Shown here piece after piece: positions 24,620-37,340 of a stretch of 64,000 bases of DNA. The notes beneath the pieces are model-generated. The model did not search any database, was not told the DNA's origin, and saw only the letters and a program-made list of their open reading frames with translations. This DNA is from Lama guanicoe (taxonomy: Eukaryota), in contig MU053216.1 of the NCBI GenBank assembly GCA_013239625.1, forward strand, positions 932,001 to 996,000. The letters run 5' to 3'. The position numbers and the translations under genes were made by a program. The first letter of the stretch is position 1. The number at the start of each line of letters is the position of its first letter.

Positions 24620-27519
24620 CAGTCTGGCCTGCCAACCAGACCCTGGCTGTTGAGAAGAGATGCTGGACAGAAAGGAGGGGTGGCGTGAGAGCAGCCCCCG
24701 CCCCCACCGCAGGAAGGAGGTGGCCAGGGCTCCCCCGGCTGAGACCCCCCCAGGCAGGTCCCCTGCAGGGGTCTTCACATGGGCAGGGGAGAGAGGAGCC
24801 CCGGGCTGCCTGGGAACCTCCTGGCAGTGGACATGGTCACTTTCCCCCAAAGTACCGAGCCCTCGTCCCCTCTCTGGGCTCCGAAAGGGAGACTCCCACC
24901 ACGGGGCCTGGCTCAGGAGTGGCCCACGCAGAGGTGTCCTGGGCAGATTTTGCCTGCCCACTCCCTGGGCCCTGCTGGATGTCAGCCCCAGACACGGACA
25001 CGGAGCCACAGGAAACAAAGGCAGCCTGTTGTCACTGTGGGTCCCCCCCCAGGCAGAAGGGCTTCTGTGTCTGGGAACAAAGCACTGCCCACCACGTGGT
25101 CGGGGGACCCTCCTCCTGGAGGGGTGTCCTGAGGGCTGGAGGACGTCCTCTGTGGGCTGGGGGAGGGGGAGGAGAGCGAGGTGAGGGAGGAGCGCTACCC
25201 TCCTGAGGCCTCCCAAGTGCAGCCCCCCAACACGATGGCAGCTGGGGTGGCCCAGCCACGCTGGACCCAGTTCAGCCTCCTCCAGTCCCGTGATTGCAAG
25301 CGAGTGGCCCGGCCTCCCCAGGCCTGTTCCCTCGTCCGTGTGGTGGACGTGTCCCCTACCTCCAGGGGCTGAGGAACAGTGGGCTGGTGTTTGTAGACTG
25401 TCCAGCACACATTAGGCCCACAGACTCAAGGGTGGGCTGTCTTCCTGGTGCCATGGGGCCAGGGTTCTGGGGGTCACGTCTGGCTGCCTTGTCAGAGGCA
25501 GAGCCGGTGGCATGTCCCCCAGTACTCCCCTCACATGTTGGGGCTGTTCCCGAAACGCCCCTGCAGGGGACCGGAATTCCGGGGTGTCGGGCTCAGAGCA
25601 TGCCCCCTCCCCCCATGCAAGTCGCTCCGTGGAGCAGTGGCTGCGCGCGTGGACCTGGGCCCTGCAGCGAGGACGAGGGGAGGTGGTCAGCGGTCAGGCA
25701 GACCAGCACGCCCTGCTTTTCTTGCCGGACTGTCCCTCCTGCTGTGGGGTTTTGCAGCCCTGAGCTCTTGCTCAGCAGGGCAGAGGGGCTGGAGGAATGG
25801 TGGGCATCAGACGCTGGGGTTGGGGGCTGGCCCCGGGGGTCTGGGAGCTCAGGCCCCTGGGTTGTTTTCTGAGGGAGAGAAATCCTGTCTGCAGGGGGTG
25901 TCAGGGCGTGCAGAAGGCTGGGCCTGTGGACAGGCCAGGACCCCGGAGGGGAAGGCTGGGCCTATGCAGTCAATGGCCCGTCCAGCCTCCCCCTCCCCAG
26001 GCACGGGCTTCAGCTGAGGGCGTCCCACATGCCAGGCCGCACTGGGGCCGGCTGTCCTCTCCCACGAGGGTCTGCGCAGGCCCCACAGAGCGATTAACTC
26101 ACCAACCCCAATGACGTGCGAGGTGCTGGAGCAGGAGACGGAGCTGGGGGAGGAGGGGAGGCTCCGAGGCTGGGGCTGTTCCCAGGCAGCGGGGAGTCAC
26201 TGGCAGGTGGGCGGGGACTGGGCTGTATTCGTGCGGGGAGTTCAGGAGCCAGGTGGCCAGACTTGCCCTCTGGGGGATGCGTTCAGTTGTAAAGTAACTG
26301 GTTTAAACAGCCAGGGCCTTTCGCTAGTTTAACGAGAATGTGGAGACGGCCAGCCTAGGTCTGGCTTAATTCCGGGGCTCCGTGATGTCACCGGGGCTCC
26401 CTTTCCTCTGTCTCTGAGCTCTGCCCTCCCCACTGTCGGCTTCACCCTGGGCCGGAAGGGCCCCCGATCTGGAAACCACAGCCCGGAAGCCCGTTGCCCC
26501 CTCCTCACTCGGGCCAGGGGAGCTTGCTTCCAGGACCTTGTCTCCAAAGATCGGGATTTTTTTTCTCAGAGCCCCCAGAACTCCCTTCTGTCTCATTGGC
26601 CTGAAAATGTAGGTGGTCAACTTGGCTGGTCAGCTTAGGTCCAGGCCACATGCCCTGGCTGAAAACTGGGGCGGTTACCAAGGAGAAGGGGATTGGAGCA
26701 TGGTGTCCCCTTCAAGGGGGTGGTAGTGGGCCGGCGAGGGAAGATGAGCAGATCTGGTGGGTGGGAAAGGGGCCGGGAGAGGAGCGACCATCAGGCTCCC
26801 CACAGTGTGGAGTGAGCGGTAAAGGGGAGCGCAGAGCAGGTGCCCATGAGCGGGGTGGGGGGAAGAGCTCCCCATTCTAGGGTTGGGGATAAGACTCCTT
26901 AGTGATGGAGAGAGTGGTTGTGGTTCCAGCAGCAAAACGGAGAAGTCAGGAAAAAGAACAAGTCAGAGAGAAAAGGTCATGGGCTCAGGTCACTCCTGAA
27001 ATCGAGGTGCTCATGGGACATCCAGGTGAGATACTCACCTGAGCCTGGGCTTGGAGGAGACGTCAAGGTCAGGGGCGCGTGGACGTCCCCGGCAGGGGGT
27101 GACTGTAGGTGCAGCGGAACCGCAGGAAAAGGGAGTGGGAGGGACCAGAGGGAACCCCAGCTTTCAGGGCGTGGGAGGACAGAGCAGAGGCAATGAGTGT
27201 GACTGTCTCCTTTGCTCTGACAGAGCCTTGCCAGAGATTCCCATAGTCTCGGTGACAGTCCAGCCCCAGAGTCCACGGCAGCCAGTGCCACCAACACCAC
27301 TTCCGCACGGGCAGCCCTGCTGCCGGCCCGCACGCAGCCGCTGAGCCCTGCTGCTGGCCCCTGACCCTGCCAGGATGGAGGGCACGCTGGTCCCGGGATT
27401 AGGGCATCCTGTTCCTCCGACGCCTGAACAAACCCCTGTGTGCCAGGGGCGCACAGGGCGCCGGGACCTGGTAGTGAACCTGGACTGGACCCTCTTCTTG
27501 AGCTGTGAGCTGTGTCCAC

Positions 27520-28059
27520 TGTCGGGAGGAGTAACTTCCCTCCACCCTTCTAGGTTCTTCTGGCTGGAAAAGAATTAGATAGACTTGAGCCAGATGAACA
27601 GGAGAAAATCAAAGTTTAATAACGTGTCTTTGGGAGAGACCCAGAAAAACCAAGAATTCCCCAAAGTGACTGGAACTCTCACTTTAAATACCGTTTTCAG
27701 CTCAAGACAAAAAGAGGATGTCGGTGGTAGTGGTCTGGGGCCTCAGTGGGGAGGAAGGCAATTAGCATGGAGACGGAAAAGCAGGCGTGTGGTGGAGCCG
27801 TGTCTGCTAGGCCTTCAGGGACAGTGGGGTGGGTGGGCTCTGACCCCCGGCACTGCCGAGTGCCCCACCACAGCCAGCCTGTATTCTTTGCCAGTATCTC
27901 TGGTGATAACTCTACTTCGGCGACAGGCCCTCTGTCTACGTTTTTTAGGCGGTTGTGGGGAAGGTCACAGTTTCTTCCTAAGTCTTTGGCCTCTATTGGT
28001 TCCAGCTTGAAAACATTTGCCTAAGAGACATTTTGGGGTGGCGGATGTTTCTCCTTACA
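27520..28059 (-). mobile_element. ERV1-type solo LTR in CSRP1 intron 1
   Basis: TG...CA termini, 4-bp flanks ccac/ccgc (TSD with one mismatch), and antisense ATTAAA and TATTTAAA motifs. Confidence 0.7.
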
Positions 28060-28944
28060 CCGCCGTCAGATGGGAGGCTCCCCAGCAGTGAAGCCCACGC
28101 CCCTCTGCCCTTGACCTTGGTGTCTCACTGCCGGCACAACCCTGTACCAGGAGGGTGGGCTCTGGAGGCCCCATCCCCGTTTTCAGCGTTTTCATGACAC
28201 AAGTCCTGGGGAGCTGCCTCCCTCTGGAGGCCATAGCCCCTCAGGCCCGCCCTCCGGTTCCCAGCCCCTGTGTCCCCCATACTCACCGCATCACCATGCT
28301 GTACCCACAGCTGCCTGTGGTCCGGTGAAATCCCTTCCCCTGTGTGCGTCCGTCCAAAGAGCCGGAAGGCTGTGGTCCTGCAGCCGTGCCCCTGTTCATG
28401 GTGATTGAGGTGGGTCTTCCCCAACCTCCGAGCTCTCTGGGCATTTATATCTGTGCCGGCAGGCTTGGATTTCTGCTCTAATAATCATCCCAGATCCCTG
28501 AACACTCACTCTACTCTGTGCTGTGCCTCTGACATGCTGTGTCTCATTGAGTCCCCAGAAGTAATCTAGGAAGTAGCTTTAGTTTTTATCCTCGTTTTGC
28601 GGAGGCAGAAGTCAAGGTTCTGAAAGTCCAACCACCTTGCCACACAACCAGTGAGCGGCCGCATCAGGAGGGGACCACGCCTCTCTGGCATCAGGACCCC
28701 AGCTCAGAACCAACACCCAGAGTATCTCAGCGCCGTCCCAGGCTGCCTCCTTCGGACGCACCTGGGGTGCTTGTTAGAAGTCGTACCTCATCCTCAGAAG
28801 TCATGATTCATCAGGTCCGGGGCGGCGCTAGAAAGTCTGATTTTGCACAAGCCCCAACCCCACATTCTAATGGACTCTAAAGCTTGAGAACTGTGTCCCG
28901 CGAGCCTGCCTCCTGCTGAAAAAAAAGTGTACTTGTGGTGAACT

Positions 28945-29105
28945 ATGTCTTACATACAAAAGAGCATATAGGACCTACCATACAGCACAGGGAGCTATGT
29001 TCAATTTCCCTAATAACATATAATGGAAAAGAATCTGAAAAGAAAACATATCTACTTATGGATGCATGTGTACGTGTGTAACTGGACCGCTCTGCTGTCT
29101 GCCTG
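28945..29105 (+). mobile_element. L1 3'-end fragment
   Basis: ggacctaccatacagcacagggagctatgttcaat...tataatggaaaagaatctgaaaag...gtgtaactgg...ctgctgt. Confidence 0.75.
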
Positions 29106-29505
29106 CCTTCGAGGTGACAAACCCCAGAGTAGTCTGAGCTCATCACCCCCGCCTTTCTCTAAACGCTCCCGCTCGTGTGCTCGTCCCTCGACAGTATGAA
29201 CTTTGCCTGCTTGTGGACCTGACATAAGTAAGCTGTTTTGTGAATTCTAGCTTATCTGCTTCTTTGGCTCCAAATTAATCTCTGAGATTCACCCATGTTG
29301 ACGCCCGGAGCGGACGGTTCCCGGTTGCTGCTCCTCGCGCCTTCTTTGTGGAGCCTGTGTCTTACGTTTGTTTGGCTTCTTCGGAGCGCCTGGCAGGGGA
29401 CTGGCAGCCGCGCTCAGGGCCCCGCGCAGGAGGAGGTGCCCTGTGGGCAACCCGTGCTTCCCTCCCCCTGCAAAATTAATTCCCCTTTCTGGGTCCAATT
29501 TCAGA

Positions 29506-29617
29506 ATGCCGAACTGGGGAGGAGGCAAGAAGTGTGGGGTGTGCCAGAAGACCGTGTACTTCGCGGAAGAGGTTCAGTGCGAAGGCAGCAGCTTCCACAA
29601 ATCCTGCTTCCTGTGCA
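29506..29617 (+). CDS. CSRP1: CSRP1 coding exon 2 ([38 protein letters not shown]-terminal half of LIM1)
   Basis: Acceptor tttcag at 29499-29504, ATG at 29506, donor A|GTGAGT at 29617/29618. 112 nt. The translation is the recognisable CSRP1 N-terminus with C-x2-C...H-x2-C. Confidence 0.98.
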
Positions 29618-32600
29618 GTGAGTACGCCCCAGGCCCTGCTGTTGCCGTGGGGACCGGCCGCCGGCCGTCAACGCCAGGGCTGGCCCCGCCCACAGGTGGC
29701 CCCGGGATGTGAACAGCCTGACTCTTGGCTGCAGGGCAGCTGGGGAGGGAGGCACTTAAGGGCCTCTTTGTTCCCTCAGAAGCTGTTTTCTGGGGGCCGA
29801 GCTGGGGGCGGTGGCAGACGCTCTGGGGCTGGGAGCCAAGGCGAAGATTTGGCCAGAGAACTTTCCAGTCCCCCAGTCGTCTTTCTCTCCCTGCCATGAC
29901 CCCATCATTTAAGAGGGAGACGCTTACCTTCAGCCCACAGTTGCACCTGCCTCTGGACCCGACGGTCCCTTGTTGAAAGGCAGCAGACGCCCCAGATGAG
30001 GAGAACAAAGCAGTGGTTAGCAGGGGAGGGGGTGGGGCGTGAAGGGGCACCAGCCACTGCGTGTGAAATAGGGAGGCTGCAAGGATGGCTTGTGAGCACG
30101 GGGAACGCCGCCAGCTTTAGAACGACTGCAGGCGGGCACAGCCTTCACCAGTGTGAGCCGCCGCGCTGGACGCCTGAACCTGACGCGGTGCTGCACAGTA
30201 AAGGAGGCAGCCGCCTCGGGGAGGCTGCGAAGCTGCGTCTGGGAGGAGCTGGGCCCTCCCTCCCCGACCCCTGCGGCCAGCGGCCCACTTCCCTCCCTTC
30301 CCGTCCCACCCTGACATTAGCTCCTGTAGGTCACGGCCTGGACCAGCAGGGAGCCGTGAGCGGGGAGCCACACGCCATCGGGTGGACCGGGGATGCCGAG
30401 GCCTCGGTGCTCCGCTGACCGGCGCCTGGGCCGGGCCCTGTGCTCAGAGCTCCCAGGAACTGGTGGCTCCGGGACCCCCAGATTCCTGCATGATGGGGCT
30501 TCCTGTAAACAGAGCCCGGGCTGGCTTAGAGGAAGAGGTAGCTTGCGTTTTCCTCATGTCCAGGCGGCGTGGCAGGCGGCCAGACGTGTTATTTCAGAAC
30601 CAGTTGGTCAGGGTTTGAATGTGCATTGCTGTTACCTGTGTGGTGATGGGCCAGTTATTTGGTTTCTCTCTGGTTGAGTTTTCCCAACATTACCAGGGAG
30701 ATAATGACACCTGCCTCGTGGAGGATGGGGCCGGGGGTTGTGAGAATAACCTGAAAGGGGCGCAGAAAACAAACACAGCCCTTAGAGCAGTTGTGAGTGT
30801 TCAGTAAATGATGGCCACTCCCCAGACACACACACACACACACACAAAACGCTGAGGGTCCGCAGGCAAGATGGTGTAACTCCAGGACACCTCCAGGGGC
30901 TGACATCCCAGCCTGCCAGGAAACGGGCCGTCCACCCTGCTTCACACGAGCAGAGTGGGGACAGGGGGGCTGCGTTTTTTCCAGGACATCTGGGCTCCAG
31001 AGCAGAGTCCAGATGGGCCAAGGGCCACCGCTCCCTGAATGTCCAGCTGGTCTACCTGCTGCTGGGTGGACCAGCCAGAAGCTTCCACCCACCACACAGC
31101 CCGCCGGCTGCCCCAGAGACAGACCGGGGGCTGCATCCATCCCTCTGTCCGCCATGTGGGTGGTGGAAGAACTTTGCTGGAGCCCTTGGCTTCCGGCCCG
31201 TGGAGGAGGAGGCAGCCGGCAGTGTCGTGGTCAGCAGTTCGCTCCGCTCAGGAATTTTCAAGCCGTTTATGTTTTCAGAGGGAGTCAGAGGGCTTGGCAC
31301 TGGCTGGGGAGAGGGCCCAGACTGCTGGCCTCAGGGACCCCTCCCTGCTCTCAGAGGTTGCGTTGACTGTGGACTGAAAAGGGCCAGCTGTGCTGAGAGG
31401 CCCGCCGCCCTGCTTGGCGTGGCGTGGCGGCTGGTCTGGCGGTGGAGGGAAGCCAGGAATGCAGGGGGTGGGGGGCGCAGGAAGGAACGGGCAGGCCTGC
31501 GTGGGGTGGGGTCGTGGAGGATCAGCAACAGTTGTTGCTGTGGAGATCAGGCTGTGGAGGTGCGGGAGGTGCGGGAGGGCAGCCTCCTGCCTCTCTGGGG
31601 CCTCCTGGTTCCTGGGCCCCAGAGCTCAAGGGTGTTGGCCTAATCTGAGCCGCTCCACCACCTGCTGATTCTCGGGTCCTAGGACAGCACCAGGGTGCAG
31701 ATTCGTTTAATGAATGGACGGAGGGGGCTTCTCTTTCTCGGTGAGGTGGGAAGAAGTATCCAGCTAGAATTCGAGAATTCAGAATCACCCTCAGAATCAA
31801 AGGACTTTGCCTGCTAAGGTGGAGAAAGGCCAGCAGGGCTTTGGGCCTGGGCAGTATTGGGGCCTTAGCCCCTTGGCCCCTTGCTGGCCAGGCCCGGGTG
31901 ATTCCCCAAGAGAAATTCCTCTGACCACCCCAGTCCTTGGCTCTGGGTCCCCGCGTCTGGGGCCCGGGCTAGATCGGGAGCAGCCCCTGCCCTGTTGGCC
32001 CGCAGTGTCCACTCCAGTGGTCCGAGCAGGGCAGCCAGTCCCCATCCACAGGCAGGATGCGGGCAGGGTCAGCTCCGCGGGGGACCTGCCCAAGGCTGCT
32101 GCCTCTCTGAGCTGTGAGAACCCTGTCCTGGGAAAGGTCAGCCGGTGAGAAAGCCCCCCCAGGGTGGTGGGACTCTCTGCTGGAGCACCGGGGACCCTCA
32201 CAGAACCCCCCCGGGTGCCCCTGACACCAGTGTCCTCTCGCCTGCAGGCCAAGGTGCTCGGTGCATTTTCACCCTCCTGGCCCCACACTTGGTCCACCCA
32301 GAAGGACTCCCAGGCTGGTGGAAAAGGACCAGGCCTGGAAGTCACGCTGGGCCCTGGCCAGGCCCTGCTTCTGGCCGGTTCTGCGAGCTTGAACTTTTCT
32401 GTGGGCTTGGGATTCCGGGGCCCTGACCTCTCACGTGGGGCTGCCTCTTCCCTGCGGCCTCTGGAGCGCATTTTCCCAGCAAATGTACACTCTAACCTGT
32501 AACTGAGTTTTGTGGTTGGTTGGTTGGTTGGTTGGTTTTTGCTTAACATGACTTGATAGAAACTTATTTAGGCCTTCATCAAAATCCCCCTTAATCCTTG

Positions 32601-33042
32601 GTGGAGCCCACAGGTGCCCAGGCTACGTGGCTGGCCAGGGGTGGAGGGCCTTGGCCAGGGCAAGGTGTGGAGGTGGGGCCTCTGGGAGAGCAGGTGGAGC
32701 AGAAACCAGCAAGGAGGTCTCGGCCCTTGAAGTCAGGGCCTAAGTGGCACGCTGAGGAGCCATCCGAAGTGTCACTGTAGACCCTGGGGTCTCCTCTGGC
32801 CTAAGCTCCTGGGCCTCCTGCTTGGGGAGTCAGCCCAAGGAGACCTCAGTCCCCCAGCCACTCCTTCTCACTTTCCGCCCTCCTTCTGGTCTTGGAACTT
32901 CCAGTTCAACTTGGGTCAACTTGGGGAAGCAATTCCAGGCCCACCCCTGCCTTCCTGCCCTAGAAGGGAATGTTGGAGCCCTTGGCCCGCTGTTCCTGTC
33001 CCTCCATCCTGGAGCAAAGCCCTGGGGAGGCGGCGAGAATGT

Positions 33043-33163
33043 CCATATTTGGGCCACCGAGTGCTGGAGTGAGGTGGGGACCTCAGGGGCAGGGCCAGAG
33101 GGTCCTTATTTAGTCCGAAGTCTCCAGCCTGGGCCCTGAGGGCAGAGAGCTGCCCTTTAAAGG
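33043..33163. promoter_or_regulatory. CArG cluster in CSRP1 intron 2 (candidate SRF enhancer)
   Basis: CCATATTTGG at 33043-33052 (perfect), CCTTATTTAG at 33104-33113 (one mismatch), CCTTTAAAGG at 33154-33163 (perfect). MCAT/TEAD core GGAATG at 32967-32972. Confidence 0.65.
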
Positions 33164-34330
33164 CCAGGGGACAGCACGCTTCACAGAGCTCAGCTGGGCG
33201 CCTCCTTGCAGGGAGGAGAGGCCGGCTCCTACAGGGACTCCCCCAGGACTCTGTCTTCAGAAGGGCGTGTTTGAGGATGTGCTCTAGGAGGGGGGCACTG
33301 AACCCCAGTCTCTAAGGATTGTTAGCACTGGAGGACAAGACCGGAAGAAACGGGGGAAGCTGAGTCTCTAGAGAGAATTAATAAGACGATCTTGAGTCCT
33401 GACCCCCAACGCTCCGTTGTGTTCCCACGGCTCTAATTTTGTGTGATACTGATAGGAGCTGACATTTACTGTGGCCTACTGTGTGCAGGTGCTGTGCTAA
33501 GTACTTCCCACGCAAGCTCTCGTTTAGTTCTCACAACCACTTCTGGGGTCGCCCCTGCTGTCTGCGTCACCCAGAGGACGCAGAGGCTAGGAAGGCACAG
33601 TCCGGGTCGCCCGCGGGAAGGGGTGGAGTCGGGTGGGCTCTGGGCCCAGGCCCCATGGGAGAGTGCAGGAGGACACACTTGGCCCACGGCCTTCCTAGTT
33701 TACCCCGTTTCTGCCTCTTAGCCCTGGAGTCAGGACACTCCTCCCAGCGTCCCACCTCGGCTCCCCCTGTGGCAACGTGATTTCTGAGATTAGAAACTTG
33801 GCCTCGCACGGCTGTGGGAGGTGGCCTCTACCTCGTCCCAAAGGCCACCATGCTGTGCGCTTAGTGAATGCTGGCCTTCCCACCGGGTGCCTCGCTGCTC
33901 CTGCACCCCTGTCCTCGAGCGCGCACGGCTGGCCCTCTGGGCTGCTTGCTGGGGCCGGGAACACCCTGCCCGTCTTCCTTCCTCCCTTCCTTCCCTCTCC
34001 TCTTCTGTCAGACACGTGGTCTCTTTGTCAAGGGCAGAGTGAAGGCCCTCAGCTGGCTCCCCGTGGCTTGGGGTCAGGTTGGCTCTGATCAACGCAGGGA
34101 GTGCTGCGGGTGGGAGGACCAAGGAGGGCCCAGGCGGCTCCTGGGAGAGGGGCTCAGCCAGCCCCCTTAGACCCCTCCTCTCTCCTCCTGCGCCCTGGCC
34201 CCCTGACCTCCACTTCCAGGCTCCTGAAAGACCAGGATGCTGTGTATGCAAAGCCCCAGAGAGCTTCTGCTGCAGCGGGCAGGGGGCTTGCAGGGCCCAC
34301 CGGCTCAGTCCTCCCCTCCTCCCCCTACAG

Positions 34331-34499
34331 TGGTCTGCAAGAAGAATCTGGACAGCACCACCGTGGCTGTGCATGGCGAGGAGATCTACTGCAAGTCCTG
34401 CTACGGCAAGAAGTATGGCCCCAAGGGCTACGGCTACGGGCAGGGCGCTGGCACGCTGAGCATGGACCGGGGGGAGTCGCTGGGCATCAAGCAGGAGGA
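34331..34499 (+). CDS. CSRP1: CSRP1 coding exon 3 (C-terminal half of LIM1 and glycine-rich repeat)
   Basis: Polypyrimidine tract plus ctacag acceptor. Encodes (M)[55 protein letters not shown](E). Donor GA|GTGAGT. 169 nt, phase consistent. Confidence 0.98.
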
Positions 34500-35327
34500 G
34501 TGAGTCCAATGCCTTGCCCCCCCACCCCCATCAAAAAAACCACCCCCCGCCCAGTGTGGAAGGTCGGAGCACTGAGCACCTACTGTGTGTCGGGCCAGCT
34601 GGAGCAGCAGGGGTCAGGGGCCAGGACTAGAACAGGCTGGCTCTTCCCTGAACGCAGCTGCAGCCTCTCTTTTCATGGGCGTCAGAGCTGGGAGGGACCC
34701 CAAGAATTACAGGGTCCTGCCTCTTCTCTCCACAGATGAGGAAACCCAGCCAGTCTCAGTGACTTGCTGGGTGCCACAGCCAGTGAGTGTGCCAGCCGGA
34801 CCCCACTCACCCCCGCTCCGGGGAAGTCAGTCTAGTCCCTGGAAGCACACAGGGCGTCACTAGGTCCACAGCACCCACTGACCACTGGCCTGCTGTGAAT
34901 GGGGGTGCTGGTGGTCGGCCTGGCCAGCTCCTCAGCCCGGGGGGATGGATGGAAGTGATGGAGGGGTCCCCACATTGCAGCCAAGGTCCTGGCCCCCGTG
35001 GACGGGTTTGCCAGCTGACTTCTCCCGGAAACACTGGCACAGTAGACAGGCTGCAGGAGGCGGGCAGAGGAGGGCGGTTCTTGGCAAACAGAGGGTTGCA
35101 CGGCTCCAGCGTTCTAACCTGGGGTCTGAGGGACGTGTGGGGTCAGTGTAGGCAGTGACTGACCCTTGGTGTGTCCGGCTGTGAAGTGGAGATGACCCCG
35201 GAGGCCCAGCAGCCCATCCTGATCACGGCCTGGCGAGTTGGAGGCGGGGTCGTGCCCATACCCGCTCGCCGCCCCCTCCCCGCATCGTGCTGTGATGTCA
35301 TCTCACTGCACGTCCTCCCCCACACAG

Positions 35328-35457
35328 GGCCCCTGGACACAGGCCCACCACCAACCCCAACGCGTCCAAGTTTGCCCAGAAGATCGGCGGCTCCGAGCGC
35401 TGCCCTCGGTGCAGCCAGGCCGTGTACGCGGCAGAGAAGGTGATTGGAGCCGGGAAG
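35328..35457 (+). CDS. CSRP1: CSRP1 coding exon 4 (linker and start of LIM2)
   Basis: Acceptor cacacag. Encodes [43 protein letters not shown]. Donor AAG|GTAAGG. 130 nt. Confidence 0.97.
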
Positions 35458-37330
35458 GTAAGGCGGCTGCTGGGCAGGCGGGCTCCGGAGCTGGGCAAGT
35501 GCGACCCTGGCTCTGCTCGGGGAGCCCGAGCCCTGGACTTGAGCCCCTCCCTTCTGTTTGAAAGCCACCGTGAAGGAGGCCCCCCAGTCCCCCTGGGTTG
35601 CTTGTCCCTCTGTCTCGGCGGCTCTGAAGCGAGCTCAGCAGCGCCCCCACCGAGGGAGCCGGGTGTTAACCACCTGCGGGCGGTCCCTGGGGGCTGCTGA
35701 GATGGCGTCTCCGGCTGGGGAGGGCAGGTCTGAGGATGCCCCTGAGGAGAGCGTGCAGTTTTGTGGGATCATATCTCTCCCGGGCAAGACAGTTCATGGC
35801 TTTCGTCAGATTTTCAAAAGGGTTTGTGACCTGAAAATGTTAGGAACCACCTGAGAACCCACATATCTCCTGTTTTATAGGGTGTGGACTCGGAAATCCA
35901 CCCACGTGCTCCCAGGGCAGAGCCTCTCAGGGTCCCGGGCCTATCGGAGCCTCTGGGAGGCCTTTGCTAGCTTTTTCTCACTGGCGTGCCTGCCCTCCCC
36001 CTGTGGGGTTCCGACGTGGCCCCCAGCCCCCAGAGCGCAGCGGGAATCACCCCCCAGCAAGGCTGCAGGGAGGAGGCCCGAGAGCCCCGGCTCGGGGCTT
36101 GCCGTCTCAGACTAGCGGCCAGAGAGTCACAGGACGGGCATCTTCAGGGCGTGTGGCCAGAACGGGGTGCTGGGTCTCCGTGTGAGGCCCAGGGTGTGGA
36201 GGGGCTTGGCGGGCGTCACAGGCTTGGCTTCCAGGACTGCAAACTTGAGGAAGGGCCAGGAGGGGCAGGGGGATCGGACAGGAAACGCACACGTAGGGCA
36301 AGTCCAGCCCAGGCGGGTCTCCGTCCAACACTCAGTCACGCTGGAGATCGGGGCGTCACCCCGTTTCACAGATAAAGAAGCCGAGACCCACAGGCGTTAA
36401 AGACTGCCAGATTTTTCAGCAGGAACAGCCAGGCTCGAGGCGAGGCCCGGCTCGCCTGACTCCCAAGACCCCGCCCACCCTGCCGTGAACCCTGCTCGTG
36501 CCCGTTCACCTCTCGGAGCCCATGTCCACAGCTGTCTGGCGGGCAGGGATCCCCAACCCTAGCAGGACAAGTGAGCCCCTAGGCAACCTGGTTTGAAACC
36601 CAGTTTTGCCTGCCGTTTGCTGGTTGTGTGGCCGCGGGCCGATCGCTCACCTACCCGAGCCTCCGTCCTGCACCTAGAGTGGAGCTGGCGTGGGCCCCGC
36701 TGGGCGAGGTCGCGCCGGGCTGCGGTGGACACGGGCCAGCTACCCTGGTGGTTGTTTTTATGACTTTTGGGGCTTGTGTGGTTGGAGTGAAGACCCTTGC
36801 CGTTGACTAAGGGATACGAAAACAGGAGACATTATTATATTGTTATTAAGTTGGTGTTTTCCGCTGTGTCTCGTTATGAGGACAGGAAGTCACCAAGAAG
36901 TACCTACGAGTCGGTATTTCTGGTACCTGGACAGGGCCTGAGTTGAAGGAAGGGTCGTGCTGTCTCTCAGGGGTAAGAGGGAGGGAGAGGCGCCACCTCT
37001 GCGGGGTCAAGGAAGGAGCAAGAGCAGCTGGAGTGTGTCAGGTGCTACCCCCCCGGGCAAGAGGCTGGCGTGTCTGGAGGCAGGGCGGCGGTGGTCAGGC
37101 CTCCGCCTGCCCGGGACAGGGGAGCAGCAGAGGCTGGTGCCTGCTGGGGTGCTCGGGGCCCGGGCGGGTGCCGGGGGTCCGGCCTATCTCAGCGCTTGGG
37201 TCTCGCGGTCCCTCGAGCCCCGGGCAGGCGCCAACAGGCGTGGGTCTGGCTGCCAGGAAACATGCAGGGAGGTAGTTTCCTGTCTCAGTCTCCAGCCCCA
37301 GCGGCCAGCCCAGCGAGGGAGTCTCTTTGC

Positions 37331-37340
37331 CCTTAAAAGG
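37331..37340. promoter_or_regulatory. CArG box CCTTAAAAGG in CSRP1 intron 4
   Basis: Perfect match, with ETS-like GGAA/TTCC cores 50-80 bp upstream (caggaaac, tttcctgt). Confidence 0.5.
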
